From Nitrososphaeria archaeon (GTDB lineage: Archaea; Thermoproteota; Nitrososphaeria; Geothermarchaeales; JDFR-13), in assembly GCA_027078545.1 (NCBI GenBank), contig JALWXN010000001.1, positions 22,312 to 86,311 on the forward strand: a stretch of 64,000 bases of DNA, in the 5' to 3' direction. Below the pieces are notes generated by a model. It saw nothing but the letters and a program-made list of their open reading frames with translations. It made no database searches and had not been told where the DNA came from. This document shows, piece after piece, positions 60,952 to 64,000 of the stretch. The stretch's first letter is position 1, and every line of letters begins with the position of its first letter. Both the position numbers and the translations under genes were made by a program.

Positions 60952-61848
60952 CTAATCCCTATAGTCTGGCCAGTATCTCCCCTCGAATCCATACTTGTTG
61001 AGGAGTCTGTAGAAGTGTCTTTCCAGGGCTATGTCTATCTCCCTAGTGTAGTAGGGTGTTAGCCCGGTCTCCTCTCTAATCATCCTTGTGTTGGCCCCCC
61101 TTATGTGTAGACACTCCCCATGGACATAGTCTGGACGTATCTCGTCGAGGGCTTGGAATAGCCTGTCAAGCTCCCTATAGGGGTCGTATCCATATGGGTT
61201 GCCGGGTAGCGGTGGGAATATCGGTGATATCATGGCCCCTGTCTTGAAGCCTCTCTCCTTGGCCCTCCTAAGCACCTCCAGCCTAGCCTTTGGAGCTGGT
61301 GCGTATGGCTCTATGACCCTTGAGAACTCCTTGTTGAGGGTTGGTATCGAGACCTGTATCCATACCCGGTCAATATACTGCTCCAGTAGGTCTAGGTCTC
61401 TGAGTATGAGTGGGGATCTAGTCAGGATATAGAAGCCTACCCCGCTTGGTAGGGCTGTCTCCAGGATCATCCTCGTATAATCCCTGATCTCCGGTAGGTA
61501 GGGGTCGTGCATGGAGCTCATGAGGACGTATCTCCCGCTCCACCTCCTCCACGGTGTAGCCTTGATAGCCTCCTCTAGGTTCTCGGGTATCAAGAGGTAA
61601 GTTCCCCACCTCTTCTTAACCACTTCTCCATAGTTTCTCCAGAGCCTCTTTATGATCGAGTCTACATAGCAGAATATGCATCCGTGGCTACAACCCACCA
61701 CATAGTTGACTGCCCATCCGTCTGAGTATCCCTCCTCTATGTTGTATGGGATCCGGCTCCTCCTCACTATGGGTGGCCTGATCCTATAGGCTCTATATGT
61801 GATGCCGAGTCTGGCTATGCGGGGCTCGATATCCATCCCGGTATCCAC
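60952..61848 (-). CDS. Radical SAM protein, SplB-like family (second paralog)
   Basis: NYVVGCSHGCIFCY, SSMHDPYLP, ILTRSPLILRD, IEPYAP. Confidence 0.85.
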   Translation of the reverse strand: MDTGMDIEPRIARLGITYRAYRIRPPIVRRSRIPYNIEEGYSDGWAVNYVVGCSHGCIFCYVDSIIKRLWRNYGEVVKKRWGTYLLIPENLEEAIKATPWRRWSGRYVLMSSMHDPYLPEIRDYTRMILETALPSGVGFYILTRSPLILRDLDLLEQYIDRVWIQVSIPTLNKEFSRVIEPYAPAPKARLEVLRRAKERGFKTGAMISPIFPPLPGNPYGYDPYRELDRLFQALDEIRPDYVHGECLHIRGANTRMIREETGLTPYYTREIDIALERHFYRLLNKYGFEGRYWPDYRD

Positions 61849-61896
61849 TCCCAGCAGGATATGTGGGATAATCAGCTGTTAAGATGATGGGTTGGG

Positions 61897-61955
61897 TGGT
61901 CAGGGACTCTATCTCTAATCATCTCTTCCTCATTTGACCGTCTTCTCATCATCCC
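61897..61955 (-). ncRNA. Box C/D methylation-guide sRNA
   Basis: Minus strand: ATGATGA-gaagacggtcaa-ATGA-ggaagag-ATGATTA-gagatagagtcc-CTGA; two 12-nt guides. Confidence 0.8.
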
Positions 61956-61985
61956 GTCTCATAATATGTTTCTCCGTGGCTATAA

Positions 61986-62252
61986 CTACTGCTCCTCTCT
62001 TGGGATGGAGGAGGCTGTGTATAGGTCTATCGTCATCTCGCCGAGGTCCATGGTGTACTCGGTTATCCTCTTGATGCTCTCCAGGATGGTGCTTGCTAGT
62101 ATGGGGCTCCTCGGGGGCTTGGACTGGAGCTTCTTGGCCGTGGCCTCTATCCTGGCTATCAGCCTCTTCCCGGCTGAGATGGTCTCGTTGGCCTTCTCTA
62201 TATCCATCGTCCTGTAGGAGTGCTCTGAGTAGCTGAGTATCTCCCCCGCCAT
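61986..62252 (-). pseudogene. 3' fragment of an archaeal PhoU-type phosphate uptake regulator
   Basis: DIEKANETI...ILESIKRITEYTMDLGEMTID matches the last PhoU repeat; only 88 aa; abuts AT-rich DNA. Confidence 0.6.
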
Positions 62253-62349
62253 ATGACTATTCCTATTAGCTTATCTTGGTTCTCTACAACAGGTAGGCCA
62301 TGTATATTCATACCAACCATGATCTCGATGGTATCCGAGACTTTAGAAC

Positions 62350-62540
62350 TGGATCTACAACGATCGTGTCCCTGAGGATATTCGACTCGAATCTATTAAT
62401 CCTCCTAGCCATGTTAACCTGCTCTTCTACACCACAGCTCCTATGTAGAATGTCTAAACACCCCCAATGTAATTGCCGCCTCTGGAGTGATAATTATATC
62501 CATAAGAAACTATACAAGATAGAGCCAGATGAATGCACTT
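62350..62540 (-). pseudogene. Decayed IMP dehydrogenase (guaB) fragment
   Basis: Minus strand reads KCIHLAL/LV*FLMDIIITPEAAITLG/CLDILHRSCGVEEQVNMARRINRFESNILRDTIVVDP, with one stop and frameshifts; resembles the IMPDH segment leading into the CBS domain. Confidence 0.6.
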
Positions 62541-62586
62541 TACGATTAAGAAAGATTTATATATTTAATGGAGAAAAATAATTAAC

Positions 62587-63336
62587 ATGACAAATAGAAG
62601 AGATTTTCTGAAATTAGCTATTTGGGCCTCATTTCTAATAACAATAAATAAAATAAGTAAGGTAAGTGAAGCCGAGGCTAATCCTTCGTATATCGTTTCA
62701 AGGGGGACGATATTATATAATATCTTGGACCTATATGTTACACATAGGTTAGAAGATCTAGGCGATGGAAATCATGTAACTAAAATTTTTCCGATAGAGA
62801 TAATTAAGATGTCTGATTTAAGTAAAGAAGATGAAAGTAGTATAGAAAAGAGTTTTGATGTTTTCTTAGTTCACGGTAAAAAACCAAGAATTTTAAAAGG
62901 GAGGAAAGTTTATTTAGAAATACTATACAAAAATTGGAAGATTCCGGTAACTGAATATGCTGTGTTTTCTAAGGATGGAAACTATCTCGTTTATTATGAA
63001 ATTGGTACTGAAGATAAATTTAGAGCTGCTGCCAAAGTTATGATCCGAAACAACTCAATTCACTTCGGAAAAATAAGCGTCAATGGACGAATAGTTAAAT
63101 TGGCTTCATGTGTTGATAGCTGCACATCACATGATGATTGTGCTGGTGCTCCCTACATGGGATGTTATCCTTACTGTTGTTCCATTGATATTGAATGTTG
63201 TGCTGAGGAATGCATTTACTGTTTATTATGTCTCCTCGGTTCTAAAATTGGTTGTCTTCTATGTCTAAGCCTTTGTACGTTAATGTGTTTGGATTCATGT
63301 TGTACTCAAGAGGCGAACTCATGTACGTCCCCATAA
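62587..63336 (+). CDS. Tat-exported precursor with Cys-rich C-terminal domain (halocin-C8-like archaeocin candidate)
   Basis: NRRDFLK twin-arginine motif and AEA cleavage-like site; no Cys in aa 1-174, 18 Cys in aa 175-249. Confidence 0.75.
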   Translation: MTNRRDFLKLAIWASFLITINKISKVSEAEANPSYIVSRGTILYNILDLYVTHRLEDLGDGNHVTKIFPIEIIKMSDLSKEDESSIEKSFDVFLVHGKKPRILKGRKVYLEILYKNWKIPVTEYAVFSKDGNYLVYYEIGTEDKFRAAAKVMIRNNSIHFGKISVNGRIVKLASCVDSCTSHDDCAGAPYMGCYPYCCSIDIECCAEECIYCLLCLLGSKIGCLLCLSLCTLMCLDSCCTQEANSCTSP

Positions 63337-63352
63337 AAGGAGGTGGGGTGGA

Positions 63353-63694
63353 ATGGAACGCACAAGGGAATATGGCCCCAAATATATATTCCTCCTGGTG
63401 ATCGTATACTTGATATCTCTGTTTATTAGCCTCTATTTGGGGAGGTTCGTAGTTGTCCAGATGGTGGTGGATACGTTCCTGCTGGTGAGCAGCATTCTAA
63501 TCATCTTCCTCTTGAGATATCCAAGACGATTCATAGGCACGGTTATCTTCGTGTATTGGTTCCTTACAAAGATAACCATTAGTCAGGTGCTAAAGGGTAT
63601 AAGTGTTGAGATGATGGCCTTACTAACCTTCGTATATGGGGTGATGCTTCTCCTAGTTGTAGAGCAGTATATGTCGATTAGAGGCGGTGAATAG
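63353..63694 (+). CDS. Small 4-TM membrane protein (candidate immunity/partner)
   Basis: RBS AGGAGGTG directly after the precursor stop; four hydrophobic helices. Confidence 0.7.
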   Translation: MERTREYGPKYIFLLVIVYLISLFISLYLGRFVVVQMVVDTFLLVSSILIIFLLRYPRRFIGTVIFVYWFLTKITISQVLKGISVEMMALLTFVYGVMLLLVVEQYMSIRGGE

Positions 63695-63986
63695 CTACGT
63701 TCAACTAAGAATGGTTGAAACTTCCTGATTATGTAGGATCGATGCAACTATCCCAAATAACATGCTTGCTTAATATTGCTACTATGCTATTGCTGGAGCT
63801 GGAAAGCACATGTATAATATGTTCATCCCAAGAATCTCAACAACTATAGCATCCTCCTTCTTAACATAATCTGGCTTATGTGGGTTTGAGGTGGTTCCCC
63901 ATATTATATAGGCTTTAGGAGGAGAGTCCTTATAGAGAGTATGGTATGTTCATCTATATCCTGATTTTCTGGCTATATAAAGAGGA

Positions 63987-64000
63987 TGGTCAGGGACTCT
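63987..64000 (+). repeat. Direct repeat of 61897-61910 (sRNA 3' end), truncated by the window edge
   Basis: TGGTCAGGGACTCT is identical at both positions. Confidence 0.75.

Noticed and set aside
373-61609. Many antisense or nested ORFs in the track (e.g. 47923..48774, 53576..54472, 13220..13867, 35229..35882)
   Set aside because: They overlap well-supported genes, are Ser/Leu/Pro-rich shadows and carry no motifs
62300-62581. 93-aa plus-strand ORF
   Set aside because: Atypical composition; it overlaps the guaB relic and the precursor promoter
63695-63986. Additional gene in the island's right part
   Set aside because: No ORF of 60 aa or more and no recognizable motif; possibly decayed, but this cannot be supported

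Overview
Archaeal chromosomal window (S25e, Rpo6, Rpo12, Alba, TBP, NreA, Taw1 and NurA/HerA point to a TACK lineage, probably a thermophile; this taxonomy is inference). Most of it is housekeeping: pncB, ABCE1, Lhr-MPE, the HMG-CoA synthase/thiolase/DUF35 operon, DNA ligase, a five-gene peptide ABC transporter, class II RNR and malic enzyme. Highlights: (1) an AT-rich insertion at the right end encodes a Tat-exported precursor with an 18-Cys C-terminal domain (halocin-C8-like architecture) plus a small membrane protein. It is flanked by a phoU 3' fragment, a decayed guaB relic and a 14-bp repeat of a box C/D sRNA 3' end that runs off the window. (2) A sat-DHH-cysC PAPS module has two NPP-family enzymes but no sulfotransferase or reductase, and is bracketed by two RHH proteins that both end in LRSLGYL. 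(3) The mevalonate-operon thiolase has no cysteine and has lost its catalytic motifs; NadE-like and WecB-like proteins also look degenerate. (4) herA has an in-frame TAG. (5) Elements missing from the ORF track: rpo12, a 28-aa ORF with its own promoter, and two box C/D sRNAs. No tRNA, rRNA, CRISPR array, transposase or integrase was seen. All calls come from motif reading by eye; no searches were run.
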